Source of the DNA: an uncultured Acidimicrobiaceae bacterium
GTDB lineage: Bacteria > Actinomycetota > Acidimicrobiia > Spongiisociales > ZC4RG35
Direction of reading: 5' to 3'
DNA length: 64,000 nt
Assembly: GCA_964558575.1 (NCBI GenBank)
Contig: CAZLEQ010000003.1
Span: 24,483-88,482, forward strand
The notes below the pieces were generated by a model, which had not been told where the DNA came from, searched no databases, and worked only from the letters and a program-made list of their open reading frames with translations. This document shows, in pieces, positions 36,253 through 45,909 of this stretch. A program made the position numbers and the translations under genes. Numbering within the stretch: position 1 is the stretch's first letter; each line of letters starts with the position of its first letter.

Positions 36253-38735
36253 CCCTTTTCCTGGTCCTTCGACGGGCGGGTCACCTGCTGCATCTCGGTG
36301 GTGCTGGGGAACGACCGGTCCCAACCGGAGCGCTCCACCACCCGTCTGGTCAAGAGACGCAAGGCATTTGGCTGGTTGGCGTCTACCTCCCGGAACAGCT
36401 CGTCGACCAGCTTCGCCCAGCCCACTGCGCGCAGGGCGAACACCATGACCAGTCCGGTGATCGCCACGATCCCCACTGCCGAGAGCAGCACCACCGGCCG
36501 GGGAAGGTCGAGGGCGAAGAAGTCGCGGGAGGCGGGTGTCGACATGGATGTGACGAGCAAGGCCGCCATGGTGGCGATGAGACCCTTCTTCCACGGCACC
36601 AGGGGACGGGACACGATCCCCAAGGCGAAGAGCCCGATGGCAGCCAGGATCAGGGTGGCAGTGGTCCGCGACTCGGTGATGGTCGAGCCTTCCAGGTCGG
36701 AGAGCCAGTATCCGGCGAACGTGGCCAGGGTGGCCACCGCACCAGTGGGGATGGCGAACTTGAGGACCCGGGTCACGAACCCGGGGCGGGCCCGCTTCCG
36801 TGATGGTGCCAGGGCGAGGAAGAACGCCGGGATGCCGACGGTGAGACTTCCGACGAGGGTGAGATGCCGGGGCAGGAAGGGGAACGGGAGGGTGGAGACG
36901 ATGATGGCCATCGACAGCCCGAGGGCGTATACCGCCGAGGTGATGAACAGGTTGGCGACCCGTTCGATGTTGGAGGTGACCCGGCGTCCCTCCCCCACGA
37001 TCTCGGGGAGGGTGGCGAAGAGACCGTCGATCAACACCAGTTGGGCCACCGCCCGCGATGCCGGGGCGCCACCGCCGATCGCGATCCCGATGTCGGAGTC
37101 CTTCAGCGCCAGGACGTCGTTGACCCCGTCCCCCGTCATCGCCACCACGTGACCACGTGACTGCAGCGCCTGGATCATGGCCCGCTTCTGCGCCGGGTTG
37201 ACCCGGCCGAACACGTTCCGGGTCTCCATGAGTTGGGCCAGCTCGTCGGGGTCTTTGGGGAGGAGTTTGGCATCCACCGGGTGGGCCCACCCTTCGATGC
37301 CCACCTGACCGGCGACCGCCGCCACCGTGTCCGGGTGATCCCCGGAGATCACCTTGACCTTCACCCCCTGTTCGGCGAAGTATCGGAGGGTCTCGGCGGC
37401 GTCGGACCGCACCTGGTCGGCGAGGACCACCACCCCGGCGGGCTCGAGGTCACGGGGCAGGGCGCTGGCCTCGAGCGGGCTCGAGCTCCAGGCCACCAGC
37501 ACGGCGCGCGCCCCGTCGGCGGCCACCTCGGCGACCACTTGCTTGACCTGCTCATCGACAGGGGCGACCACGTCGGGTGCGCCGAGCACCCAGGTCTCCC
37601 CGCCGAAGAAGGTGACACCGCTCCACTTCCTGGCCGACGAGAACGGCACCGAGGTCTGCACCCCCCACCCGGGGTCGTCGGGATAGGCAGCCCCGATGGC
37701 CGCCATCGTCACGTTGGGGTGGGTCTCGGCCGCGGCCAGGGCGGCGAGCGCCGGCTGGGGATCGCGCTCGGACAGGAGGATCAACTCCTCGACGGCGAGA
37801 TGGCCCTCGGTCAGGGTGCCAGTCTTGTCGAAGCAAACCGTGTCCACCCGGGCCAGGCCCTCGATGGCGGGCAGCTCCTGGACGAGGACGTTGCGTCGGC
37901 CGAGTCGGATGACGCCTACGGCGAAGGCGATCGAGGCGAGCAGGACCAGGCCTTGGGGGACCATCGCCACCCCGGCGGCGACTGCTCCTCCCAGACCCTC
38001 TCTGAAGGTGCCACCGCCCCGGGTAACGCTCCACACCACCAGCACCCCGATGGGGACGACCACCCAACTGACGATGCCGAGGATCAAGTTGATGCCGTCG
38101 CGCAGCTCGGAGCGAACCAGGGTGAAGCGCTTGGCGGCACGGGCGAGACGGGCGGCGTAAGCATCGCCACCGACCCGGGTCACCCGGTATCGGCCCGAGC
38201 CGGCGGCGACGAAGCTTCCCGAGAGGCACTCGTCCCCGGGCTCTTTGATTACCGGATCGGACTCACCAGTGAGCAGCGACTCGTCGATCTCCAGGCCGGA
38301 CGAAGACACCACCTCTCCGTCGACCACCAGCTGGTCGCCGGAGCGCAGGTCGATGAGGTCGTCGACCACCACCTGGTCGACCGACTGTTCGACGACCCTG
38401 CCGGAGCGAACCACTCTCACCTTGGGGGCGGCTACCACTTCGAGCCGGTCGAGGGTTCGTTTCGCCCTCAGCTCCTGAACGATGCCGATGGCCGAGTTGG
38501 TCACCAGGACGATCCCGAACAGGGCGTCGCGGGGCTCCTGGAGAAAGATGAGCACCACCAGCAGCAGTCCGCCGAGGAGGAAGTTGAACCGGGTGAAGAC
38601 GTTGGCGCGGACGATCTCGCCGGTGGTCCGGCTCGGTGTCTCGGTCACCTTGTTCACCTGGCCCGCCCGGACCCGCTGCTGGACCTCAGCGGCGGTGAGC
38701 CCTTCTTCTGGCGGGGCCAACCAGAGGTCTGTCAT
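36249..38735 (-). CDS. cation-transporting P-type ATPase
   Basis: CFDKTGTLTEG phosphorylation motif, TGES-like LTGESDP and MTGDGVNDVLALK hinge. Start at ATG 38735. The stop overlaps the convergent aminotransferase stop (CTAG). Confidence 0.9.
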   Translation of the reverse strand: MTDLWLAPPEEGLTAAEVQQRVRAGQVNKVTETPSRTTGEIVRANVFTRFNFLLGGLLLVVLIFLQEPRDALFGIVLVTNSAIGIVQELRAKRTLDRLEVVAAPKVRVVRSGRVVEQSVDQVVVDDLIDLRSGDQLVVDGEVVSSSGLEIDESLLTGESDPVIKEPGDECLSGSFVAAGSGRYRVTRVGGDAYAARLARAAKRFTLVRSELRDGINLILGIVSWVVVPIGVLVVWSVTRGGGTFREGLGGAVAAGVAMVPQGLVLLASIAFAVGVIRLGRRNVLVQELPAIEGLARVDTVCFDKTGTLTEGHLAVEELILLSERDPQPALAALAAAETHPNVTMAAIGAAYPDDPGWGVQTSVPFSSARKWSGVTFFGGETWVLGAPDVVAPVDEQVKQVVAEVAADGARAVLVAWSSSPLEASALPRDLEPAGVVVLADQVRSDAAETLRYFAEQGVKVKVISGDHPDTVAAVAGQVGIEGWAHPVDAKLLPKDPDELAQLMETRNVFGRVNPAQKRAMIQALQSRGHVVAMTGDGVNDVLALKDSDIGIAIGGGAPASRAVAQLVLIDGLFATLPEIVGEGRRVTSNIERVANLFITSAVYALGLSMAIIVSTLPFPFLPRHLTLVGSLTVGIPAFFLALAPSRKRARPGFVTRVLKFAIPTGAVATLATFAGYWLSDLEGSTITESRTTATLILAAIGLFALGIVSRPLVPWKKGLIATMAALLVTSMSTPASRDFFALDLPRPVVLLSAVGIVAITGLVMVFALRAVGWAKLVDELFREVDANQPNALRLLTRRVVERSGWDRSFPSTTEMQQVTRPSKDQEKG

Positions 38736-38895
38736 CGCGGTTTCAGCATACGGTCGTGCCGGGGCCATTCCTCCGGACCGGGCCCTTCTTGCCGGTGCGA
38801 AAGGCATCCGCCAACGTTGTCGCTAGTCCCGGCCCTCCTGGGTGGCGATGTCGGCCACGTTCCCACCAGGTCGTACGAAGGGCTGACTACATCGA

Positions 38896-39594
38896 TCAAG
38901 TGTTGGGGTCGATGGCGTCGAGGATCAACTGCGCCAACTCTTCGGGCTTGGTGAACTGCGGCCAGTGGCCGGTGGGGAGGTCGACGTAGGTGAGGTTCTC
39001 GATCTTGGTGAACTCGCGCACCGGCTCCAGGTCGTCGTCGATCCACTTCTTCAGCGCGTCAGAGTCGAACTCGGGGCAGACCATGGTGACCGGCACCTCG
39101 TAGCGCCGTTCATCGGAGAGACGCTGCGGATCGCTCACCAGGCGCGCCGGGGAGGGGATGGCCCGCTTCCTGAACTCTGCTCGCGCCGCCTCGTCGAGAT
39201 CCCTCAGGTCGGCCTCGTCGAAATCAGACCAATCGAAGAGGGCAATCTCACCGTTTTCCGAGGGAAACTCGGAGGCGGAGCCATGGGCGCTCGGCCAGCC
39301 ACCGATGTAGACGGCATGAACCACCCGATCGGGTCGGGCGTCGACTGCGGCGTAGGCGAGCCCGGCGCCCATCGAGTGGCCGACCACGGCCACCGGTCGG
39401 TCGGTCGAGTCGATGGCCGACACGATGGCATCGACACAGTCGGCTCGGGTCACCGCGGAGCGGTCGGCGTCCCGGGACTCCATACCGGGGAGGGTGAGCG
39501 CTCGGGCACTGTGGCCCGCTTCCTCGAGGTGCGGTACCACCTGGTCCCACGAAGAGGCATCGAGCCACAGGCCGGGGATGAGAATGATGTCCAT
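38896..39594 (-). CDS. alpha/beta hydrolase
   Basis: MDIILIPGLW..., nucleophile elbow VVGHSMGAG and a C-terminal His region. 232 aa. Confidence 0.8.
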   Translation of the reverse strand: MDIILIPGLWLDASSWDQVVPHLEEAGHSARALTLPGMESRDADRSAVTRADCVDAIVSAIDSTDRPVAVVGHSMGAGLAYAAVDARPDRVVHAVYIGGWPSAHGSASEFPSENGEIALFDWSDFDEADLRDLDEAARAEFRKRAIPSPARLVSDPQRLSDERRYEVPVTMVCPEFDSDALKKWIDDDLEPVREFTKIENLTYVDLPTGHWPQFTKPEELAQLILDAIDPNT

Positions 39595-39670
39595 GGGAAA
39601 TCCCTTCGTCTCAGCTACGATCGACTTTTCTCGATCATTAGAGCGAGGACCATACCGGAACGATCGAAAA

Positions 39671-40246
39671 ATGTCGAGCGTTGAGAAGATCCCCGACTAC
39701 GACCTCGAGGAGATACGGGTCGTCACCTCCCCGGAGGAGCTACGGGCCATGGGTCACCGGGTGCGCAGCCGGGTCCTCGACCTCGTCCTCGACCGGGCGG
39801 CGACGGTAAACGAACTGGCCGCGGCCATCGGTCGCCCTCCCAGCACCGTGGCCTACCACGTGGGGGTCCTGGTCGAGGCGGGAATGCTCAAGGTGGTGAG
39901 GACGAGAAAGGTACGCGCGGTCGAGGAACGGTTCTACGGCCGGACGGCGCGCATCTTCGGTGTCGGGGAGATCGACCCCGAGCTGGCTGCCGAGCTACCG
40001 AATCTCCTCGTCGTGGCAGCGGCAAATTCGCGGACGGCGCACGAAGCCGACCAGCTTCGGGCCGTTCTGAGAAGGGCGCGCATACCCGAAGCAAGCGTTC
40101 GCGGGTTCTGGGAACGGGTCATCGACCTCGTTCAGGAGTTCGGCCAGATCCCCCGCTCCGGCGACACCGTGTACGCATTCGTCGCCGGGCTCTACCCCAA
40201 CGACTATCCGGCGCTGCCCGACCTCACCGGGGAAGACCCGAGCTGA
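39671..40246 (+). CDS. ArsR-type winged-helix transcriptional regulator
   Basis: HRVRSRVLDLVLDRAATVNELAAAIGRPPSTVAYHVGVLVEAGML. Divergent from the hydrolase. ACGATCGA occurs twice in the 76-nt spacer (39617-39624 and 39660-39667). Confidence 0.75.
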   Translation: MSSVEKIPDYDLEEIRVVTSPEELRAMGHRVRSRVLDLVLDRAATVNELAAAIGRPPSTVAYHVGVLVEAGMLKVVRTRKVRAVEERFYGRTARIFGVGEIDPELAAELPNLLVVAAANSRTAHEADQLRAVLRRARIPEASVRGFWERVIDLVQEFGQIPRSGDTVYAFVAGLYPNDYPALPDLTGEDPS

Positions 40247-40490
40247 GAGCGTCGGCCGGCGTGGTCGAAACCAGTCTCGCGTTCCGGATGCGGTGCGGGC
40301 CCGGTGCATCGGCCGTCACCGGCTCGAGCTGGTCGAGCTCCTCGCATTGCCAGTGGAGGTCGGCGATCGTGGTCTCGAGACTCTTCGCCTCGTCTTCGAG
40401 GCCCTCGGAGTCGAGAGCCACTGCGATGTGGGCCAGACGTGTCATCACCGTCTGGATACTGCGCCGAAGTGAGAGGGGTACAGTCATCAT
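40224..40490 (-). CDS. hypothetical 88-aa protein
   Basis: G/C-rich third positions, helical and acidic. Overlaps the ArsR gene end by 23 nt (convergent). No family recognised. Confidence 0.4.
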   Translation of the reverse strand: MMTVPLSLRRSIQTVMTRLAHIAVALDSEGLEDEAKSLETTIADLHWQCEELDQLEPVTADAPGPHRIRNARLVSTTPADALSSGLPR

Positions 40491-40602
40491 GAGATTTCTC
40501 TTGGCAGGGGACGATTCGTCGGATTACCCGGGCTCCCCGGTCTTCAAACCGCACCGACGAGGACCGATCCTGTCCGCATGACCCCTTAGGCTGGGGAGGG
40601 CC

Positions 40603-41505
40603 GTGACTGCAAAGATCGCGATCGGGACCTGCTCCTGGACCGACCCCACCCTCACCGACAGCACATCGTTCTACCCCGACACCGAGATGACCGCCGAGGA
40701 GCGGCTGGTGTTCTACGCCGAGCATTTCCCCATCGTCGAGGTCGACTCCACCTATTACGCACCGCCGTCTGAGCGGGTGGCGGGACTGTGGGCGGAACGA
40801 ACCCCCGAACACTTCACCTTCGACATCAAGGCGTTCCGTCTCCTCACCCAGCACCCCACCCCGCCGAAGTCGCTGTGGAAGGGCTTGCGGGAGAGGCTGC
40901 CCACGGAGATGAAGGAGAAGCGCAACGTCTACATGCGCGACCTCCCCCGGGGCCTCCAAGCCGAGGCAGCCCAGGCGTTCCGGGACGCTCTCATGCCGCT
41001 CCATTCCGCAGGCAAGCTCGGTGTGGTCCTCCTCCAGTTTCCGCCCTACGTCTATCCGACCAGGGGTTCGTTCGGGTACTTGAAATGGGTGGCCGCCCAG
41101 CTCGAGGACTTCCAGCTCGCCGTGGAGTTCCGTAACGGGCGCTGGCTCGACTCCGAGAACATGACCGACACCCTCGACTTTCTCGAGCGTCACTCCCTGG
41201 CATACGTCTGTGTCGACGAACCGCAGGGGTTCTCGAGCTCGGTGCCCCCGGTGGTGGCGGTGACCGCGCCCGTCGCCGAGGTCCGTTTCCATGGTCGCAA
41301 CGCGGAGAACTGGGAGAAGAGGGGTATCAGCGCCGCCGAGAGATTCAAATACGACTACAGCACCGAGGAGCTCGCCGAGTGGGTGCCCCGGATCGAGACC
41401 ATGGCAGAGAGCGCCGACACGGTCCACGCTCTGATGAACAACTGCTACTCGGACTACGGGATCCGCTCCGCCCGTGGCCTCGGGGAGTTGCTGGGCATCT
41501 TCTGA
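40603..41505 (+). CDS. DUF72-family protein
   Basis: IGTCSWTD...FYAEHFPIVEVDSTYYAPP...FTFDIKAF...LLQFPP. GTG start after GGGGAGGG. Confidence 0.85.
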   Translation: MTAKIAIGTCSWTDPTLTDSTSFYPDTEMTAEERLVFYAEHFPIVEVDSTYYAPPSERVAGLWAERTPEHFTFDIKAFRLLTQHPTPPKSLWKGLRERLPTEMKEKRNVYMRDLPRGLQAEAAQAFRDALMPLHSAGKLGVVLLQFPPYVYPTRGSFGYLKWVAAQLEDFQLAVEFRNGRWLDSENMTDTLDFLERHSLAYVCVDEPQGFSSSVPPVVAVTAPVAEVRFHGRNAENWEKRGISAAERFKYDYSTEELAEWVPRIETMAESADTVHALMNNCYSDYGIRSARGLGELLGIF

Positions 41506-41536
41506 GGCGAATCTCTTCCGAAAGCCTGAGTTGCTC

Positions 41537-41949
41537 ATGAGCACGTCGCAATGGGTCACCGGATATCCCGCTCCTGTGTTGCGTCCCTATGTGACCCGGT
41601 ACATCGGATATCGCCTCCTCGGGCATCCTCCCGCCCTGCATCGCGGTCTTCCCTCACAGAGCATGACGCTGATGTTCAACATCGGGCCGACTATCGACAT
41701 CGTCTCCCAGGCCAACCCGAAGCACGAGCCCCGCCGATACCGATCCGTGCTCGGGGGTTGCACGAGAGGCCAGCGCTGATCACACACGACGGCAGTCAGG
41801 AGGGCGTCGCTGTCAAGCTCTCCCCCGTCGGGAATCGCACCCTGTTCCGCCAACCCGCAGCCGAGCTGTGGGATCTGTCGGTCGAGGTCGACGACGTCGT
41901 CGGTACCCCCGGCCTCGCCGATGCGACCTCCACGGCGGACTCGTCCTGA
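41537..41949 (+). pseudogene. relic of an AraC-family regulator (N-terminal domain only, frameshifted, HTH missing)
   Basis: YPAPVLRPYVTRYIGYRL...HRGLPSQSMTLMFNIG...RSVLGG reads in one frame. LHERPALITHDGSQEGVAVKLSPVGNRTLFRQPAAELWDLSVEVDDVVG continues after a -1 shift in the G5 run at 41753-41757. It ends 35 nt before the next gene with no HTH domain. Confidence 0.5.
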
Positions 41950-41983
41950 CGAGAACCCATCGTCACCGGCGTAGCATCGGGCC

Positions 41984-43444
41984 GTGAACTTTGCAGACCA
42001 CACCCTGATCGACGGCGACCTGGAGCGGGGAGAGGGAGCCGAATTCGGTGTCATCGATCCGGCCACCGAGGAGATCGCCGCTTCACTCCACGCCTCCAGC
42101 GGGCAGCAGTCAGCACGGGCCACCGCCGCCGCCCGCCGTGCCCAGCCCTCGTGGCGAGCCCTCAGTCAGCCGGAGCGGAACAAGGCCCTCCACGCGGTTG
42201 CCGATGGCATCCGCTCCCAGGACGAGCGCATCGCCACTGCCCTCACCCACGAGACCGGGCGGCCGCTCAGCCGCAACCGGCTCTACGTCGACATGGCTGT
42301 CGACCTCTTCCGCATGTACGCCGAGCTGTCCCGGGCTCTGGGAGGGAGGGTGGCACCCTCCAACGACCCGGGGCAACTGTCTCTGGTGCTGCGCGCCCCA
42401 TATGGCGTCGTGGGGTGTCTCATCCCCTGGAACTACCCACTCCTCCTGCTGGTGTTCAAGATCGCCCCGGCGCTGGCCGCCGGGAACACGGTGGTGATCA
42501 AGCCTGCGTCGGAGACTCCACTGTCGCTGACGGTTCTCGCCGAGGTGTTCGCATCCGCTCTCCCTGCTGGGGTGGTCAACACCGTTCTGGGAAGCGGCCA
42601 GACGATTGGAGAGGGCCTGGTAGCCGACCGCAACGTCGACATGATCGCCTTCACCGGTTCGACCGAGGTGGGCCGGCGTCTTGGCGTGCTTTGCGCAGAA
42701 GCGACCAAGCCGGCCCATCTCGAGCTCGGGGGCAAGGACCCCGCCATCGTCTTCGAGGATGCCGACCCCGAGGTGGCCGCAGAGGCGGTGGCCTGGGCGT
42801 CGTTCCTCAACGCCGGCCAGGTTTGCACCTCGACGGAGCGGGTCTACGTCCATGAGTCGATCGTCGAACCGTTCCTCGATGCCGTGGTCGCGGTGACCGA
42901 GGCGATCGTTGTCGGCGACCCCTTCGAGGCGACCACCCAGGTGGGTCCGATGCGCAGTGACGGTCGCCGTCGCAAGGTGTTGGGCGAGATCGAGGCGGCA
43001 ACCTCGGCGGGAGCCCGAGTGATTGCCGGCGGGTCGGTCCTCGACCGGCCCGGGTCCTTCCTGGCGCCGACGGTCTTGGCGGATGTCAGCCACGAGATGG
43101 GGGTGATGCGCGACGAGACCTTCGGGCCCGTGCTCCCGGTGATGAGTTTCACCACCGATGACGAGGCCTTCGCCCTCGCCGCCGATACCCCATATGGGCT
43201 CGGGGCCAGCATCTACACCGAGACCCCGGCCCGGGTGGAGAGGGCCTACCGGTCGCTCGACGTGGGGACGGTGTGGGTCAACGACCCGGTGGTGGACAAC
43301 CTCGCCGCCCCCTTCGGCGGCAACCGGGCCAGCGGTGATGCCAGGGAGCTGGGGGTGGAAGCCTTGGACAGCTTCACTACGGCGAGACACGTCCACTGGA
43401 ATCTGGCCCTGGAATCGAAACCGTGGTGGTTCCGTAAGGATTGA
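41984..43444 (+). CDS. NAD(P)-dependent aldehyde dehydrogenase
   Basis: 486 aa. FTGSTEVGR, HLELGGKDPAIVF and FLNAGQVCTSTERVYV (catalytic Glu and Cys contexts). Confidence 0.9.
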   Translation: MNFADHTLIDGDLERGEGAEFGVIDPATEEIAASLHASSGQQSARATAAARRAQPSWRALSQPERNKALHAVADGIRSQDERIATALTHETGRPLSRNRLYVDMAVDLFRMYAELSRALGGRVAPSNDPGQLSLVLRAPYGVVGCLIPWNYPLLLLVFKIAPALAAGNTVVIKPASETPLSLTVLAEVFASALPAGVVNTVLGSGQTIGEGLVADRNVDMIAFTGSTEVGRRLGVLCAEATKPAHLELGGKDPAIVFEDADPEVAAEAVAWASFLNAGQVCTSTERVYVHESIVEPFLDAVVAVTEAIVVGDPFEATTQVGPMRSDGRRRKVLGEIEAATSAGARVIAGGSVLDRPGSFLAPTVLADVSHEMGVMRDETFGPVLPVMSFTTDDEAFALAADTPYGLGASIYTETPARVERAYRSLDVGTVWVNDPVVDNLAAPFGGNRASGDARELGVEALDSFTTARHVHWNLALESKPWWFRKD

Positions 43445-43527
43445 GCTCCCGTGGCCTCTTTTCGGCGAACTGAGGGCGGCAGACTTCGCTGAGCGGGGCC
43501 CGCAACCCAGGGTTCGCGTATGCGGGC

Positions 43528-44385
43528 TCAGGAGACCGGATTCATCAGGCCGGTCTCGAGACGGTGCAGGTAGCGGTCGGCGAGATAGTTGAGGAACCGG
43601 CGGGCCTGGGTGAAGTTGGCGGCCATGTCCTCGAGGGAGTGGTGGAGCTGAGCGGGCAGCGCCGCTTCGTTGGCGGCCCGGTCATAACTGACGCGTCCCA
43701 CCTTCTCGAGGAACTCGATGTAGTCGACACCGACGAGGTGGTCGAGATCGAGCCCCGCCAGTGTGGCCAGCCGGGCCTGACGCATGGCGCTGATCGGATG
43801 ACGGGCAGTGTGATCGGGGAAGACACCAGTGTGGAACAGGGCCACCTCACCGAGACGGCGATAGCCGGCGGCACGTCGACCCGAGGGAAGGCTCTCCACC
43901 ATCTCGGCTAGACCCACCGGGTCCAGCTCGCTATAGCGACGACGCCGGTAGCCGCGGTCGGTCTTCACCCACACCGAACCGCTGGCGACCCTGGTGAACG
44001 ACCCGAGAAACTCGCTGATCAGGTAGCGGCGGGTGATGTCATCGATGAACTCACGCAGACTCTCCACGTCGAAGACCGGAAGCCGCTCTCCCGCACCGAC
44101 CCACTCCGGCACATACGATGCTGCGCCGAGGTCGCGCATTGCCTTGCGCACCAGAACGGCGAAGGCGAGCAGGGGGCTGAGACCGGCGATCACCCCGGTC
44201 TCCGTGGTCTCGTACATCAGCTCGTAGAGCCGGGGGTCCGCCAGCAGGTCCTCGATCACCCCAGGCTCCCTGGCGAGTCGGGCCCGCAGGTCGTCGACGT
44301 CAGACGCCGGGTCATCCAGCGCGGCGAGCACCTCCAGGTCGTGCTCGGTGAGCCTCTGCACGAAGAACAGCGGATAGTTGGACAT
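43528..44385 (-). CDS. conserved-looking hypothetical protein (285 aa), downstream of the kinase gene
   Basis: Long ORF with good third-position GC, 49 nt after the kinase stop on the same strand. No family recognised. Confidence 0.6.
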   Translation of the reverse strand: MSNYPLFFVQRLTEHDLEVLAALDDPASDVDDLRARLAREPGVIEDLLADPRLYELMYETTETGVIAGLSPLLAFAVLVRKAMRDLGAASYVPEWVGAGERLPVFDVESLREFIDDITRRYLISEFLGSFTRVASGSVWVKTDRGYRRRRYSELDPVGLAEMVESLPSGRRAAGYRRLGEVALFHTGVFPDHTARHPISAMRQARLATLAGLDLDHLVGVDYIEFLEKVGRVSYDRAANEAALPAQLHHSLEDMAANFTQARRFLNYLADRYLHRLETGLMNPVS

Positions 44386-44434
44386 CGCAGCCTCTGCTCA
44401 TGGTAGGACAGTCCTCGGGTGACGTCGGGAAACC

Positions 44435-45757
44435 TCAGTCGTCTTCATCATCGTCGTCATCGTCCAGCTCCACTCCGAGCAGGCCCGCCAGCTCGTAGAG
44501 GGCCGCCCGGGCCTCGGCGAGATGTTCTCCAGTCAGGTTGTCCTCGATGCGGTCTTCGACCTCCTCCAGCCTCTCCTCGGCTTCCTCGAAATCGCCCTCG
44601 AGGGCCGCCCTGATCCCCTCGTCGACCGTGTCCAAGATCTCCTCCACCTCGCGTGGGTTCAGGTTCGATCGGGGCGGGCGGGAGAGTACAGCCGCTAGTT
44701 CGTTGCGGGCGTCGGAGATCCGGCTGTCGAGGGAGGACACGGTGGTGGTGGTGACCACCGTCGTGGACGACGAGGTGGTCGTCGACGTAGAGGTGGAGGT
44801 CGAGGTGTCGCCCACCAAGGTGGGGGGAGCCAGGGCAGCGTCTGCCGGCGGGTCGTCACCGGAGTTGGCGAGGCCGAGCGCAATCAGACCCAAGGCGAGC
44901 AGCGCCAGGATCCCGGCGACCCAGACCCACGCGGGTGGTGGTTCCCGGTCTTCGGTGTCGGAGCGCGTGACAGAAGGGGGAGGCGACGGCGTCGGCTCCA
45001 TGATCATCGTCGCCCCCTCGGAGGGGACGACGCTCGAGACAGTGAGTGCGCCCCGCCCCAGCACGTCGGCGAGACCTGCCGCGTCGGGGCGGTCGACCGG
45101 GGAGTCGGCCAGGGCGGCGGCGAGGGCGTGGTCGACCGACTCGCCCAGGGTGGCTCCGGTCTTCCGGATCAGCTCGTCGATCACCACAGCCAGGGAGTAG
45201 ACGTCGGATGCCGGGGTCGGAGGCTCCCCCCCGAGCACCTCCGGTGCCGCATACGACGGTGTCGCCAACACCATGCCCGGCTGGGTGAGCTCCGCGGTGG
45301 AGTTGGGGTCGGTGGCGATCCCGAAGTCGGTGAGCAGCGGGCCGCGCTCAGACATGATCACGTTGGCCGGCTTGACGTCGCGGTGGACGATCCCGGCGGC
45401 GTGGATGGTGGCGAGGGCATCGGCGAGCCGGGCGCCCATTTCGACGACCTCGGAACTCTCGAGCAGTCCTGCCATGTCCTGCAGCGTCGCGCCGTCGACC
45501 AGCTCCATAACCAGGTAGGGGCCGGTTTCATCCCACCCGAAGTCATAGACCGTGATCAGATTGGGGTGGTTGAGCGAGGCCGCCGCCCGGGCTTCCCGGC
45601 CAAGACGTTCCGCCGACCGGTCACCGGGCAGGCCCGGATGGGGTCGCTTCACCGCCACCAAGCGGTCGAGACGGGTGTCCCGGGCCTTCCAGACGGTGGC
45701 CATGCCCCCCGAGGCGATCACCTCGAGGAGCTCGTAACGATCGTCGATGACTTCCAC
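44435..45757 (-). CDS. Hanks-type Ser/Thr protein kinase with one TM helix and an extracytoplasmic Ser/Thr-rich plus acidic helical region
   Basis: GGMATVWKARD, VAVKRPH, HRDVKPANVIM, DFGIA, APE. TM WVWVAGILALLALGLIALGL. TSTSTSTSTTTSSSTT linker. The tail ends DDDDDDEDD. Start GTG at 45757 (alternative 45805). Confidence 0.85.
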   Translation of the reverse strand: MEVIDDRYELLEVIASGGMATVWKARDTRLDRLVAVKRPHPGLPGDRSAERLGREARAAASLNHPNLITVYDFGWDETGPYLVMELVDGATLQDMAGLLESSEVVEMGARLADALATIHAAGIVHRDVKPANVIMSERGPLLTDFGIATDPNSTAELTQPGMVLATPSYAAPEVLGGEPPTPASDVYSLAVVIDELIRKTGATLGESVDHALAAALADSPVDRPDAAGLADVLGRGALTVSSVVPSEGATMIMEPTPSPPPSVTRSDTEDREPPPAWVWVAGILALLALGLIALGLANSGDDPPADAALAPPTLVGDTSTSTSTSTTTSSSTTVVTTTTVSSLDSRISDARNELAAVLSRPPRSNLNPREVEEILDTVDEGIRAALEGDFEEAEERLEEVEDRIEDNLTGEHLAEARAALYELAGLLGVELDDDDDDEDD

Positions 45758-45909
45758 GGGGAGCCGGTACCCGAAGTCGCGGCGAGGAAACCATGCGACG
45801 CCCACCCATTGGGAGCTGGTCTCTGATGTGGCCAGAAACCACAAAGGACCTTCGGCCCTTGTGCCTCGGACGACGACGCCTGCACTCTGGAGGGGAAAGG
45901 AGGTGTTGG

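Noticed and set aside
35176-38954. 704-aa minus ORF (35176-37290) and 573-aa plus ORF (37233-38954)
   Set aside because: These are shadows of the aminotransferase and P-type ATPase genes. Both lack motifs and have Arg/Gly/Pro-rich composition.
39595-39670. ACGATCGA direct repeats (39617-39624 and 39660-39667) as an ArsR operator
   Set aside because: Kept only as a note in the ArsR feature. CGATCG is a short self-complementary hexamer that is common in high-GC DNA, and two copies are not significant on their own.
40204-43396. 451-aa (40204-41559) and 428-aa (42110-43396) minus-strand ORFs
   Set aside because: These are shadows of the DUF72 and aldehyde dehydrogenase genes.
44440-44820. Low-complexity DNA (GAC/GTC runs, ACC/GTG-rich stretch) as a possible repeat element
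   Set aside because: It is explained by coding for the poly-Asp/Glu tail and the TSTSTSTSTTTSSSTT linker of the kinase. It is not an independent repeat or CRISPR-like array.
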